A DNA stretch of 64,000 nt from an uncultured Acidimicrobiales bacterium. GTDB taxonomy: Bacteria > Actinomycetota > Acidimicrobiia > Acidimicrobiales > DATKAS01. The first letter of the stretch is position 1. Each line of letters starts with the position of its first letter. Both the position numbers and the translations under genes were made by a program. Shown here in pieces: positions 12,099 to 22,944 of this stretch. The notes beneath the pieces were generated by a model, which did no database searches, was not told the DNA's origin, and worked only from the letters and a program-made list of their open reading frames with translations. The stretch is from contig CAVUAV010000005.1 of assembly GCA_963739555.1 (NCBI GenBank), positions 706,218 through 770,217 of the forward strand. The letters are read 5' to 3'.

Positions 12099-13058
12099 AT
12101 GGAGTCGTTCAACGGCAAGATCGCGGTCGTCACCGGGGGCGGCACCGGCATGGGGGCCGAGCTCGTCGTGCAGCTCGCGGGCCAGGGATGCTCGGTCGCC
12201 ACGTGCGACGTCAACTCCGAGACGCTCGCCGAGACGGCGAAGCGGGCCGCGAACGAGGCGCTCGCGGGCGCTCGCATCACGACCCACCTCTGCGACGTGG
12301 CCGACGTCGCACAGGTCGACCGGTTCCGCGACGACGTCGTGAAGGAGCACGAGACCGACCACATCAACCTGCTCTTCAACAACGCCGGCATCGGTGGCGG
12401 TGGATCGTTCGTCGAGGGCAAGCGCGAGGAGTGGGACCGCGTCTTCGGCATCGATTGGGGCGGCGTCTACAACTGCGCCCGCGCGTTCGTGCCGTTGCTC
12501 GTCGCGAGCGACGACGGCTACCTCGTGAACACGAGCAGCGTGAACGGGTTCTGGGCATCACTCGGTCCGGGCAACCCGCACACCGCGTACTCCGCGGCGA
12601 AGTTCGCGGTGAAGGGCTTCTCCGAGGCGCTCATCGAGGACTTCAGGGTGAACGCGCCTCACGTGAAGGTCGCCGTCGTCATGCCTGGGCACATCGGCAC
12701 CGACATCGTGTCGAACAGCCGCCGCGTGCTCGGTGGTGCCGAACCCGACGAGATGACCGCCGACGACCTCGCTGAGGCACGGGTGCAGATGAGCAAGCGC
12801 GGCATGCCGGTGCAGTCGATGAGCGACGACGACATCCGCGGGATGATGAAGATGCTCGGCGAGGGCTTCAAGTCGATGGCGCCGGTGTCGGCCGCTCAGG
12901 CCGCGACCGTGATCCTCGACGCGGTGAAGGCCGGCAAGTGGCGGATCCTCGTCGGCGACGATGCCCATCGGCTCGACGAGGTCGTGCGCGCGAACCCCGA
13001 GGGCATCTACGACGAAGGCGGCGTGAGCCTCATCTCCGTGATGCAGCCGGGCTCTTGA
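12099..13058 (+). CDS. SDR family oxidoreductase
   Basis: ATG 12099 (MESFNGKIAVVTGGGTGMG). Contains NNAG and YSAAKFAV. The upstream 193 codons of ORF 11520..13058 are an out-of-frame overlap with the nitrilase-family gene. Confidence 0.85.
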   Translation: MESFNGKIAVVTGGGTGMGAELVVQLAGQGCSVATCDVNSETLAETAKRAANEALAGARITTHLCDVADVAQVDRFRDDVVKEHETDHINLLFNNAGIGGGGSFVEGKREEWDRVFGIDWGGVYNCARAFVPLLVASDDGYLVNTSSVNGFWASLGPGNPHTAYSAAKFAVKGFSEALIEDFRVNAPHVKVAVVMPGHIGTDIVSNSRRVLGGAEPDEMTADDLAEARVQMSKRGMPVQSMSDDDIRGMMKMLGEGFKSMAPVSAAQAATVILDAVKAGKWRILVGDDAHRLDEVVRANPEGIYDEGGVSLISVMQPGS

Positions 13059-13820
13059 CGGAGAGGTCCTTGTTCAGCAGGAACCTCGGCTGCGTGCCTG
13101 CATTCGTCGGGCGCGTGTGCAGCAACAGCGGGTGGATGAGGATCACGTCGCCCGCAGTCGCGGTCAGCTCGACGACCTGAACCTCGACGCCGTTCACGAC
13201 CTCGACGGCGTCGACGAACCGAGCGATCCGCGGGCCGGGCTCGCCGTCGGTGCCCAGATCGCGCAGGTACTCGTTGCTGTGCATGAGCTGCTTGCGCAGC
13301 TGGACGCCTTCGTTCCCGGCCGGGGTGGGTGATCGGCGAAGTGGCGTGCCACCAAGTGATGTGAGCCGGCGACGATCGTCATCCCGCCGGCCCGCGGAGC
13401 GACGTTGCCGAACATCGAGTGCACCTTCAGGCCGTCGAGGGGCGAGAGCGGGGCGCTGTAGTCGTGGTCGAGATGCCAGGCCTTCGAAGGGACGTTCCAC
13501 ACGCGGCGCGTCGGGAACAGCAAGAAGTACGCGCCCCAGTCGGACGGCTGCGTCCACCTCCCGCTGCCGATGAGGTCGTCGATCGCGCCGAGCGTTCGGT
13601 CGCTCCCGATCGCCTTGAAGACGTCATCATTCTTCAGCGATTGAAGGTTCGATGGTGACTCGTTCAGCCAGGTGCGGGGGTCGTCGCGGTCGAAGCCCTG
13701 CCCTTCCAATGCGCGCCACACGACGTCACGCATCGCCGCGGCCTCGTCTCCGGTGAACGCACCCGGCACGCGCAGGTAGCCACGCGCTTCGAAGTGCGCC
13801 CGGTCGGTGTCCTCAAGCAC
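13030..13820 (-). pseudogene. Phytanoyl-CoA dioxygenase (PhyH) family protein; frame interrupted near 13323
   Basis: GTG 13820 gives VLEDTDRAHFEARGYLRVPGAF...WHLDHDY...GGMTIVAGSHHL..ADHPP. It continues as PAGNEGVQLRKQLMHSNEY...AGDVILIHPLLLHTRP in ORF 13030..13557. Confidence 0.75.
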
Positions 13821-15132
13821 AGCGTCGAGGCTACGGCGGTACCATCCCGCGATCGCTCGAGATCTTCCTTCGTTGTTCCTCGCCCGCCAGTCGGTGCGCG
13901 GCCCGAAGATCGAAGACGTTGCCGGGAGGGTCGACGAAGCGTTGCGATCACTCGACCTCGGGTCGCGCGTCAGGGCCGGCGATCGCGTCGCGGTGACCGC
14001 GGGCAGCCGGGGCATCGCGAACATCGCAGTCGTAGTGAAGGCGACGGTCGACCACATCCGCGGTCTCGGCGCCGCCCCGTTCATCGTGCCTGCGATGGGC
14101 AGCCACGGCGGGGGCACGGCGCAAGGGCAGACCGACCTCCTCGCGTCGTTTGGCATCACCGAGGACTTCTGCGGCTGTCCGATCGACGCGCGCATGGACG
14201 TGGTGACACTCGCCGACTCGAAGCTCGGTTTCCCGATCCTCTACGCGACGGCTGCGGCAGAGGCCGATCACGTCGTCGTCGTGAACCGGGTGAAGACCCA
14301 CACCATGTTCACCGGCCCCGTCGAGAGCGGCCTCGCGAAGATGGCGACCATCGGGCTCGGGAAGCTCGAAGGCGCCGCTCTCTACCACCGAGCGATGTTC
14401 GAGCTCGGCTGGATGGATGTGATCAACGACGCGATGCCAGTCGTGGTCGAGCGCGGCAACCTCCTCGCCGGCGTCGCGCTGGTCGAGCGGGGCGACGAGC
14501 AGACGGCGCGCATCGAGGCGATCGCGGGAGAGCGCATCCTCGATGTCGAGCCCGACCTCTTGGTCGACTCGCTGCGATGGATGGCCACCATCCCCTTCAC
14601 CGACATCGACCTGCTGCTGATCGACAAGATCGGGAAGAACATCAGCGGCACCGGGCTCGACCCGACGGTCGTGGGTCGCAAGGACGCGCTGCACCACGCC
14701 GATCCGGCGCGCGACCTGCGCGTGCGCTACATCGCCGCGCGCGGGCTCACCGAGGAGACGCACGGGAACGCGGTCGGCGTCGGCTTCGCCGAGTTCTGCC
14801 GCTCGCGCATCCTGCGTGAGATGGACGTGGCGGTGACTCGACTGAACGCGTTGACCGCGGGCGATGTGCCGGCCGCGATGGTGCCGGTCGACTTCGAGAC
14901 CGACGCCGAGATCCTCGACGCCACGCTCGCGCTCATCGGGCTGCGGTCGCCGTCGCAGGCGCGCGTCATCTGGATGCGCAGCACGCTCGAGGTCGACTTG
15001 ATCGCCTGCTCCGAGGCACTGCTCGAAGAGGCCGAGCTCAGAGACGACGTCGAAGTGCTGAGCGGCTTGATGGCGATGCCGATCGCTGGCGACGGCAACC
15101 TTCCGGACCTGCTGCCGCGAGAGGCCTGGTAG
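13807..15132 (+). CDS. LarA-N-terminal-like (DUF2088, lactate-racemase-domain) protein, function unknown
   Basis: Intact ORF with RVAVTAGSRGIANIAVVVKA...FIVPAMGSHGGGTAQGQ...VNRVKTHTMFTGPVESGLAKMATIGLGK. The start is uncertain (GTG 13807 or TTG 13873). Confidence 0.55.
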   Translation: MSSSTASRLRRYHPAIARDLPSLFLARQSVRGPKIEDVAGRVDEALRSLDLGSRVRAGDRVAVTAGSRGIANIAVVVKATVDHIRGLGAAPFIVPAMGSHGGGTAQGQTDLLASFGITEDFCGCPIDARMDVVTLADSKLGFPILYATAAAEADHVVVVNRVKTHTMFTGPVESGLAKMATIGLGKLEGAALYHRAMFELGWMDVINDAMPVVVERGNLLAGVALVERGDEQTARIEAIAGERILDVEPDLLVDSLRWMATIPFTDIDLLLIDKIGKNISGTGLDPTVVGRKDALHHADPARDLRVRYIAARGLTEETHGNAVGVGFAEFCRSRILREMDVAVTRLNALTAGDVPAAMVPVDFETDAEILDATLALIGLRSPSQARVIWMRSTLEVDLIACSEALLEEAELRDDVEVLSGLMAMPIAGDGNLPDLLPREAW

Positions 15133-15151
15133 CGGGCACAATCGTTCCCCA

Positions 15152-16090
15152 ATGACTGCTGATGGGGTGGGCGCCGCGATCGTGACGAACGTCGAGCGCG
15201 TCCTGCTCGGCAAGCGTGAACAGGTGCGGATCGTGGTGGCGGCCCTCCTGGCGGGCGGTCACGTGCTGATCGAAGATGCGCCGGGCGTCGGAAAGACGCT
15301 CCTCGCGAAGGCGGTGGCTCGGTCGATCGGCGGCACCGTCGGCCGTGTGCAGGGCACCGCGGACCTGCTTCCCGCCGACATCACCGGCGTGACGATCTTC
15401 GACCAGGAGCGGCGCGACTGGGACTTCCGACCGGGCCCGCTCTTCAACCACGTGCTGCTCGTCGACGAGATCAACCGAGCGACGCCGCGCGCGCAGTCGG
15501 CTCTCCTCGAAGCGATGGCCGAGGGCCACACCACGGTTGACGGTTCGCAGCACGACCTGCCCGAGCCGTTTCTGGTGCTCGCGACCCAGAACCCGCTCGG
15601 CGACGCGGGGACGTTCCCGTTGATCGCGGGCGAGTACGACCGGTTCGCGGTGTCGGTCTCTCTCGGCCTCCCGGGCCGCGACGTCGAACGCGAGCTGCTC
15701 AGAGGGAACGGTGGGCTCGGCGCGCTCGATGCGCTCGAGGCGGTGACCGATCCGGGTGAGCTGGCGCGGTGCCAACGCGAGGTCGCGGCGATGCACGTCG
15801 CCTCTGCAGTCGAGGAGTACGTGCTCGACATCGCCGAGGCGACGCGCGTCGGAGGTCCGAGCTCGCCCGGCGATCGCGGCATCAGCCCCCGGGCGACGCA
15901 GGCGTTGCTCGCCGTCGCGAAGGGATGTGCCGCGACGATGGGGCGCACCTATGTCACCCCGGACGACGTGCAGACGGTTGCAAGCGCCGTGCTCGCGCAT
16001 CGGATGCAAGCCGATGCGACGACCGGGTTGAGCGCTGCGAGCGCGGCGGTCGCCGAGATGCTCACCTCAGTCGCCGTTCCGAGCGTCTGA
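15152..16090 (+). CDS. MoxR-family AAA+ ATPase
   Basis: Walker A EDAPGVGKT, Walker B LLVDEINRA, and ATQNP. Intact 312 aa. Confidence 0.9.
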   Translation: MTADGVGAAIVTNVERVLLGKREQVRIVVAALLAGGHVLIEDAPGVGKTLLAKAVARSIGGTVGRVQGTADLLPADITGVTIFDQERRDWDFRPGPLFNHVLLVDEINRATPRAQSALLEAMAEGHTTVDGSQHDLPEPFLVLATQNPLGDAGTFPLIAGEYDRFAVSVSLGLPGRDVERELLRGNGGLGALDALEAVTDPGELARCQREVAAMHVASAVEEYVLDIAEATRVGGPSSPGDRGISPRATQALLAVAKGCAATMGRTYVTPDDVQTVASAVLAHRMQADATTGLSAASAAVAEMLTSVAVPSV

Positions 16091-16163
16091 ACCATGGGAA
16101 GGTCGTCGGCCCCCGGTCTCCACGCCCGGCCGGCACTGCTCATCGCCGCCGGCGTCGCGCTCG

Positions 16164-17045
16164 ATGTTTGCGCGGATCTGGGGGCCGGCGGGTGAAGATG
16201 CGACACGCCTCGCGTTCGTGGTGCTGTTGGCGGCGACCTTGGGCAACTTGCTCGTCGCGATCGTGGTCGTGCACAAGGCGTCGACCCAGATCGTCGAGAA
16301 CCCGACCGACACCGTCGTCGGCGAGCCCGCGGGCGTCGAGATGTCGATCTCCGGGTTGCGCTCGGCCGTGTCGGTGCGGATGCGTTCATCCCCCGACGCG
16401 CCTTGGGTCACGGCGCTTCCACCGGACGTCGGGTTCCTCCCTGGCAGCGCGACCTTCCGCGGCGTCGCCACGCGTGCCGAGGTCGAGGTCTGCTCGTGGG
16501 GACCCCTCGGCCTCCTCGGCTACTCGCGCTCGCGGCTGATCGACCTGCGTCGCACCCTCTGGATCGGGCCTCGTCCGGTCGCGTTGAGCGAGCCGATCGA
16601 CCTCGCGCCGCGCACCGGCCCCTTGCCCACCGGGCCGGTCGTCGCCGCGGGTGAGGGCGACATCACGCGAAGCGTGCGGGAGTACGTGCCGGGCGATCCG
16701 CTGCGTCGAGTCGCCTGGTCGGTGACGGCGCACACCGGCAAGCTCGTGACGCGCGAGGTCGAGCGCCCGGCTACCCACGTGGTGCATCTCCTGGTCGATC
16801 TCGGAGAGGAGCGCGGCCCCCTCGCGGAGAGAGTCGCCGGCGTAGCCGCTTGGGTGGGGCGCCAGATCCTCGCGACCGGCGCCCAGCTCTCGCTCACTTC
16901 GATGGGCCCCGACGGGCCGGCCTCGTCGGTGGTGAACACCGTGGGGTTGCAGCGCCGCTTGGCGGAGGCAGCCCCCGGCGCGCCTCCGTGTCCCACCGGC
17001 GTGCCGGTCCTCGTCGTGTCCGCGGAAGGCGTCGAGTGGCACTGA
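16164..17045 (+). CDS. DUF58 domain protein (MoxR-associated)
   Basis: Hallmark REYVPGDPLRRVAWSVTAHTGKLVTRE. A 33-codon ORF starting at ATG 16094, 3 nt after the moxR stop, encodes a first TM helix (PALLIAAGVALDV). It would read straight into this ORF if the T at about 16193 were removed, so the true gene is probably 16094..17045 with a frame break. Confidence 0.8.
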   Translation: MFARIWGPAGEDATRLAFVVLLAATLGNLLVAIVVVHKASTQIVENPTDTVVGEPAGVEMSISGLRSAVSVRMRSSPDAPWVTALPPDVGFLPGSATFRGVATRAEVEVCSWGPLGLLGYSRSRLIDLRRTLWIGPRPVALSEPIDLAPRTGPLPTGPVVAAGEGDITRSVREYVPGDPLRRVAWSVTAHTGKLVTREVERPATHVVHLLVDLGEERGPLAERVAGVAAWVGRQILATGAQLSLTSMGPDGPASSVVNTVGLQRRLAEAAPGAPPCPTGVPVLVVSAEGVEWH

Positions 17046-17111
17046 TCACGCGTCCGGTGCACGAGCGGAGCTCGCTCGAGATCGCGCTCGACCCTCATCG
17101 GACTCCTCATC

Positions 17112-18852
17112 GTGCAGGTCGCCGCCGCCGGCTCGTCGGGCCCGGCGCTCACGACGCTCGGGTTGGTGTTCACCCTGGGTCTCGTCTTCGTCGCCGTCTT
17201 CTGGCGATGGTTCGAACCCTGGCTCGCGATCACGCTCATCGCGGTCGGGCTCGTGGTCACCACGTTCCACGCATCTCCGAAGTCGGGCGCAGGACTCGGA
17301 TGGGTCGCGCTGTGGGTCGTCGGCGCGATCACGGCGTGGGCGGGCATCGAAGTCGGCCGCATGGGTTCGGAGCGCCGGCTCTCGGCAGGCCGGCAACCCC
17401 TGCGTCTCGGACGCTTCGACAGAGGGGCCGCGGTGGTCGTCGGGCTCCTGTGCCTGCTCGCGGTGTTGATCTCCGCCGTGGCGAGCCTCGACCTCTCGTC
17501 CGCGCTGTCGGCTCGGGGGTCGTCCCGGCCCGGACGCCCAGGTGGGACGGTCAGCTCCGACCTGGCGCCATACGTGGGCCTCGACAACCAGCTCGACACC
17601 GGCGCCCGGGGAACGCTCTCGAACGCAGTCGTGCTGAGGGTGAAGGCCGACGCGCCCGACTTCTGGCGCGGCGCCGCGTTCGATCGGTACGACGGCCGCG
17701 TCTGGAGTCAGTCACCGGCCCTCACCGCCAGTGGGCCCACCGAGGATCTGGAGGGCGGCGGTGTCGACAACGGCGGCCTCGCGGTCCCTCGATTCGACGT
17801 CATGCGTCAGGCCGTTCGAGTCGAGGCCTCCGCGATCGGAGTCGTGTTCGGCGCGCCGCTCATCCAAGGCGTCAACCTGCCCAGGGATGCCTACGACGTC
17901 AGGGCCGACGGCTCGTTTGAGCTGCGAACGCCGCTCGGGAAGGGCGCCCAGTACGTCGTGACGAGCGACCGCGCGCTCACCACCACGGCGATCCTGCGCG
18001 CGAACGACCCGCGCACCTCGGGGATGTCCGCCGATCTCGCGCGCCTCTACGTCCAGAGTGGGGGAGCCACGCCGCGGGTGGCGGCGCTCGCGGCGCAGAT
18101 CGCGGGCGACGCACCGACGACGTACGACGCGATCCGCGCGCTCGAGTCGTGGCTCGGCCAGAACACGAAGTACACGCTCGACATCCCACCACTGCCCGCC
18201 GGCGCCGACACGGTCGAGCAGTTCCTGTTCGTCGACAAGCGCGGCTTCTGCATGCAGATCGCCAGCAGCCTGACCGTGATGCTGCGTTCGCTCGGCGTGC
18301 CCGCGCGCTTGGTCACTGGTTTCGCGCCGGGCGAGGAGTCACTGCTCGGCGGTGAGTTCACCGTTCGAGGCAGCGACGCCCACGCATGGGTCGAGGTCTG
18401 GTTCCCCGGTGTCGGATGGCAGGGCTTCGATCCCACGGCGAGCGTGCCCCTCGCGGGGGAGTACTCGAACTCGACCTCGGCGCGCCTGTGGCGCGTCGTG
18501 CAGCGGTTGCTTCCGGTGCTCCTCGCGATCGGTCTCGTCATCGCAGCCGCGGTTGGCGTCGCGATGCTCTTGCGTCGGCGTCGCCGCCCGCGGCCCGTGA
18601 AGCCGTGGGTGTCGCGGTTCTACGAGTCGGTGCAGAAGGAAGGCTCGAAGCGAGGGAGAGCACGTGCCCCTTCCGAGACTCCCGCCGCGTACGTCGCGCG
18701 CGCTCGGTGAGACGGTGCTGCCGCATCCCGAGCTCGAGGTCATCGCGGACGTCGTGACCGCGGCGGCGTACTCGGGCCAGGAGCCCAGCGAGCAGGACCG
18801 AGCCGAAGCCGAGCGGATCTTGGCTCTTGCGTGCCGATCGGACGCCGGTTAG
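17112..18852 (+). pseudogene. Transglutaminase-like membrane protein (TgpA-like); frame interrupted in GCGCGCGC at about 18698
   Basis: N-terminal TM helices and the Cys-His-Asp core (RGFCMQIAS, DAHAWVEVW, GFDPT). The family-typical tail ALGETVLPHPELEVIADVVTAAAYSGQEPSEQD... is in ORF 18664..18852. The start is uncertain (GTG 17112). Confidence 0.8.
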
Positions 18853-18892
18853 AAATACCCGACTAATCCGATCAACTTTATGGAGAATCCCT

Positions 18893-19945
18893 ATGCGTCG
18901 CCGCCCGACGGCTCTTCTCGTCCCCCTTCTCATCGCGTTTGCCCTGCTCACCGCGGCCTGCGGCGACGACAGCGGATCCGCGAGCGCCGAGGGCGGGACG
19001 ACGACTCTCCGACTCGGGTACTTCGCCAACATCACCCACGGGTCCCCGCTCGTGGGCATCGGGAACGGCACGTACGCCCAGACCTTGGGGTCTGACGTCG
19101 ACCTCAAGACCTCGATCTTCGGTGCCGGCACCGAAGAGATCGAAGCGCTCTTCGCCGGTGCGATCGACGCCGGCTACATCGGGCCGAACCCCGCGGTGAA
19201 CGGCTACGTGAAGTCGAAGGGCGAGGCGCTGCGCATCGTCGCCGGCGCGACCTCGGGTGGTGCGGCCCTCGTCGTGAAGCCCGACATCAACGGCCCCGAA
19301 GACCTCAAGGGCAAGGTGCTCGCGACTCCGTCGCTCGGCAACACTCAGGACGTCGCTCTTCGCGCGTACCTCAAGGACAACGGGCTGAGCGCGGACACGA
19401 GCGGGGGAGGCGATGTGTCGATCCATCCGCAGGAGAACTCGCAGACGCTCGAGGCGTTCAAGGCCGACACCGTGCAGGGTGCGTGGGTGCCCGAGCCGTG
19501 GGCTACTCGTCTCGTGGTCGAAGGCGGTGGCAAGGTCCTCGTCGATGAGGCGACGCTCTGGCCCGAAGGGAAGTTCGCGACGACCGAGCTCATCGTGAGC
19601 AAGAAGTTCCTCGACGAGCACCCCGACGCGGTGAAGAAGCTGATCGAGGCGCAGATCGCGACCGAGAAGTTCATCGCCGACAACCCCGAGCAAGCCGCGG
19701 AGATCGCGAACCAGGAGATCGAGAAGATCACGGGCAAGAAGCTCGCCGATGGCGTGATCGGTCCGGCATTCAAGAACCTCACGTTCACGGACGATCCGAT
19801 CGCGTCGTCGGTGCAGCAGTCGGCCGCGGACGCGCACGACGTCGGCCTGCTCGACTCGGTGCCCGACCTGAAGGGCCTCTTCGACCTCACGATCTTGAAC
19901 GAGGTGTTGAAGGCAAACGGGGAGCAGCCCGTCTCCGGCCTCTGA
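18893..19945 (+). CDS. ABC-transporter substrate-binding lipoprotein (NMT1/SsuA/TauA-like)
   Basis: RBS GGAGA followed by ATG 18893. Signal peptide with lipobox LLTAAC. Contains LRLGYFANITH. No permease or ATPase gene is adjacent. Confidence 0.75.
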   Translation: MRRRPTALLVPLLIAFALLTAACGDDSGSASAEGGTTTLRLGYFANITHGSPLVGIGNGTYAQTLGSDVDLKTSIFGAGTEEIEALFAGAIDAGYIGPNPAVNGYVKSKGEALRIVAGATSGGAALVVKPDINGPEDLKGKVLATPSLGNTQDVALRAYLKDNGLSADTSGGGDVSIHPQENSQTLEAFKADTVQGAWVPEPWATRLVVEGGGKVLVDEATLWPEGKFATTELIVSKKFLDEHPDAVKKLIEAQIATEKFIADNPEQAAEIANQEIEKITGKKLADGVIGPAFKNLTFTDDPIASSVQQSAADAHDVGLLDSVPDLKGLFDLTILNEVLKANGEQPVSGL

Positions 19946-19990
19946 CCCCGCCCCTGTCACCGGCCCGGCGCCGGGCTACGGTCGGGCTTG

Positions 19991-20662
19991 ATGCCTCCGA
20001 CGGAGTCCCGCATCACGGTGCGGCCGAACGGGCCGTATGCCGTCGTCGGCGACGTGACGGTGGTCGCCAAGGCGCAGGTCGAGACCGAGCTGGGTGAGCC
20101 GATCGCGTGGGAGGTCGGTGCTGAGATCGGCCACAAGGAGCGGTACGCGCTGTGCCGCTGTGGCCAGTCGGGGCGCAAGCCGTTCTGCGACGGGACGCAT
20201 CTCCGCGTCGGGTTCGAGGCCGATGACGGGCTGCGCACCCGCACCCCGACCGAGTACCCCGGCACCGGAGTGACGCTCTACGACGACCGCGGCATCTGCG
20301 TGCACGCGGGGTTCTGCGGCACTGCGATCACGAACGTCTGGAAGATGGTGCGCAAGACCGACGACACCACCGTGCGGTCGATGCTCGTGGCGATGGTGGA
20401 GCGATGCCCGTCGGGTGCGATCAGCTACTCGATCGACGGCGAGGCCGACAACGAGCCACGGCTCCCGAGTGAGATCGGCGTGATGGTGAACGGGCCGCTC
20501 TGGGTGACCGGCGGCATCCCCGTCGATGTGGGTGAAGAGGGCACGCTGCAGACCCGGAACCGGGTTGCTTTGTGCCGCTGCGGCGCGTCGAGCCGCAAGC
20601 CACTCTGCGACGGGAGCCACAAAGAGGCCGGCTTCGTGGACGACCCTCGGGAACGGGACTAA
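19991..20662 (+). CDS. CDGSH iron-sulfur domain protein (two CDGSH motifs flanking a Cys-rich ferredoxin-like insert)
   Basis: CRCGQSGRKPFCDGTH and CRCGASSRKPLCDGSH, with a central GICVHAGFCG...ERCPSGA segment. Confidence 0.85.
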   Translation: MPPTESRITVRPNGPYAVVGDVTVVAKAQVETELGEPIAWEVGAEIGHKERYALCRCGQSGRKPFCDGTHLRVGFEADDGLRTRTPTEYPGTGVTLYDDRGICVHAGFCGTAITNVWKMVRKTDDTTVRSMLVAMVERCPSGAISYSIDGEADNEPRLPSEIGVMVNGPLWVTGGIPVDVGEEGTLQTRNRVALCRCGASSRKPLCDGSHKEAGFVDDPRERD

Positions 20663-20700
20663 GTTCAACGACAGAACTCGGTCGCGAATCGGAGGCCCGC

Positions 20701-22942
20701 GTGAGCGATGAATGGCACAAGACCGCCTGCATCCTCTGCAGCGTGAACTGCGGCATCGAGGTGCGCCTCGACGGCCGGCGCATCGAGCGGGTGCGAGGTG
20801 ACAAGGCGCATCCGACCTCGCAGGGCTACACGTGCGAGAAGGCGCTTCGACTCGACCACTACCAGAACGGCCACCACCGCCTGACGTCTCCGCTACGCCG
20901 GCGCGCCGACGGCACGTTCGAACGCATCGATTGGGACACCGCGGTCGCGGAGATCGCCGAACGGTTGGGCTCGATCCGCGACACCCATGGCGGCGCGTCG
21001 ATCTTCTACTACGGCGGCGGCGGGCAGGCGAACCACCTCGGTGGCGGGTATGGCCGAGCGACGCGGAGTGCGCTCGGTGTCGTCTACAGCTCGAACGCGC
21101 TCGCGCAGGAGAAGACCGGTGAGTTCTGGGTCGACGGTCAGCTGTTCGGGAGGCCTCGCTGCCACACGACCGGCGACTACGAGCACGCCGAGGTCGCGAT
21201 GTTCGTCGGCAAGAACCCGTGGCAGTCGCACGGCTTTCCGCGGGCGCGCAACGTCCTCCGCTCGATCGTCAACGATCCCGAACGCTCTTTGATCGTCATC
21301 GATCCCCGGCGCAGCGAGACTGCGGAGCTGGCCGACATCCACCTGCAGGTTCGCCCGGGCACCGACGCATGGTGCCTCGGCGCTCTGCTCGCGATCCTGA
21401 TCGAGGAAGGGCTCGCCGACGTCGACTGGCTCGCCGACCACGCCAATGGCTTCGACGAGCTGCGCAACCACCTCGCGAAGGTTCCGATCGCGCAGTCGTG
21501 TGCGATCGCGGGTGTCCGCGAAGAGGACGTGCGCGCCGTCGCTCGACGTCTCGCGTCGGCGTCGAGCGTCTCGGTGTACGAGGACCTGGGCATCCAGCAG
21601 GCGCCGTACAGCACGTTGAACTCGTACCTCGAGAAGCTCGTGTACCTGCTCACCGGGAACTTCGCGAAGCGGGGCGGGATGAACATCCACTCGCGCTTCG
21701 CGAGCCTCGGCGGCGGCGGCAAAGGCGGCGGTGATCGTCGCAGCCCGGTCGGCGGTCATCGCATCATCACCGGCCTCATCCCGAGCGCGGTGATCCCGGA
21801 CGAGATCCTCACCGACCACCCCAACCGGTTCCGGGCGATGCTCATCGAGAGCGCGAACCCGGTGCACTCGCTGCCCGATTCGGCGCGCATGCGCGAAGCG
21901 CTTGCCGCGCTCGACTGCGTCGTCGTCATCGACGTCGCGCTGACCGAGACCGCTCGCTGCGCGGACTACGTGCTCCCGGCGGCGTCGCAGTACGAGAAGT
22001 GGGAGGCCGCGTTCTTCACGCTGGAGTTTCCCGAGAACGCGTTCCAGCTGCGGCCGCCGATCCTGGATCCGCTGCCGGGGACGTTGCCCAGAGGCCGAGA
22101 TCCACGCGCGGCTGACGCGGGCGCTCGGCGCTTACACCGATGACGACCTCGCGGGGTTGCATGCGGCCGCAGCGGCGGGACGGGCTGCATACGCAGACGC
22201 GTTTCTCACCGCGATGGTCGAGCAGCCACACCTCGCGCCGCTCGCTCCGATCGTGCTCTACGAGACGCTCGGCCCGACGTTGGGCGAAGGCCGAGAAGGA
22301 GCAGCCGCGGTGTGGGGTCTCGCACAGACGTGCTTCCTGTCGCATGCCGAGTCGGTGCAGCGAGCGGGGTACGCCGACGGCGACGCGCTCTTCGACGCGA
22401 TGCTCGCCAACCCGTCCGGCGTCGTGTTCACCCTCGACGACTACGAAGAGACCTGGAAGCGCCTCGACACGCCCGACGGCAAGGTCAGCCTCGTGATCCC
22501 CGATCTGCTCGAGGAGCTCTCGTCGTTGCCGTCGGACGTTCCCGCCGACCTCGAGTTCCCGTTCGTCCTCTCCGCGGGAGAGCGTCGCTCCTCCACGGCG
22601 AACACGATCTTCCGCGATCCCGCGTGGCGCAAGAAGGACGGCGGCGTCGCGCTGCGCATCAACCCAGAAGACGCCGCGAGCATCGGAGTCGACGCAGGTG
22701 GAAGAGTGCGGGTCGTGACGCGCCGCGGATCGGTCGAGGCACCGGTCGAGATCACCGATGCAATGCAACCTGGCCACGTCAGCCTCCCGAACGGCCTCGG
22801 CCTCACCTCGCCCGACAACGTCGTCGACGGTGTCGCACCCAACGAGCTGACGTCGGGCACCGACCGCGACTGGCTCGCAGGCACGCCGTGGCACAAGCAC
22901 GTAAGGGCCCGACTCGAGGCCATCGTCGAGGCAGTGGCCTGA
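20701..22942 (+). pseudogene. Molybdopterin (MopB superfamily) oxidoreductase; frame interrupted at about 22090
   Basis: RBS GGAGG followed by GTG 20701. N-terminal Fe-S motif CILCSVNCGI...YTCEK, then a molybdopterin-binding body. ..DPLPGTLP continues as EAEIHARLTRALGAY... in ORF 22157..22942 (C-terminal MopB barrel, VSLPNGLG). Removing the A at 22090 restores one ORF. Confidence 0.85.
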
Positions 22943-22944
22943 CC

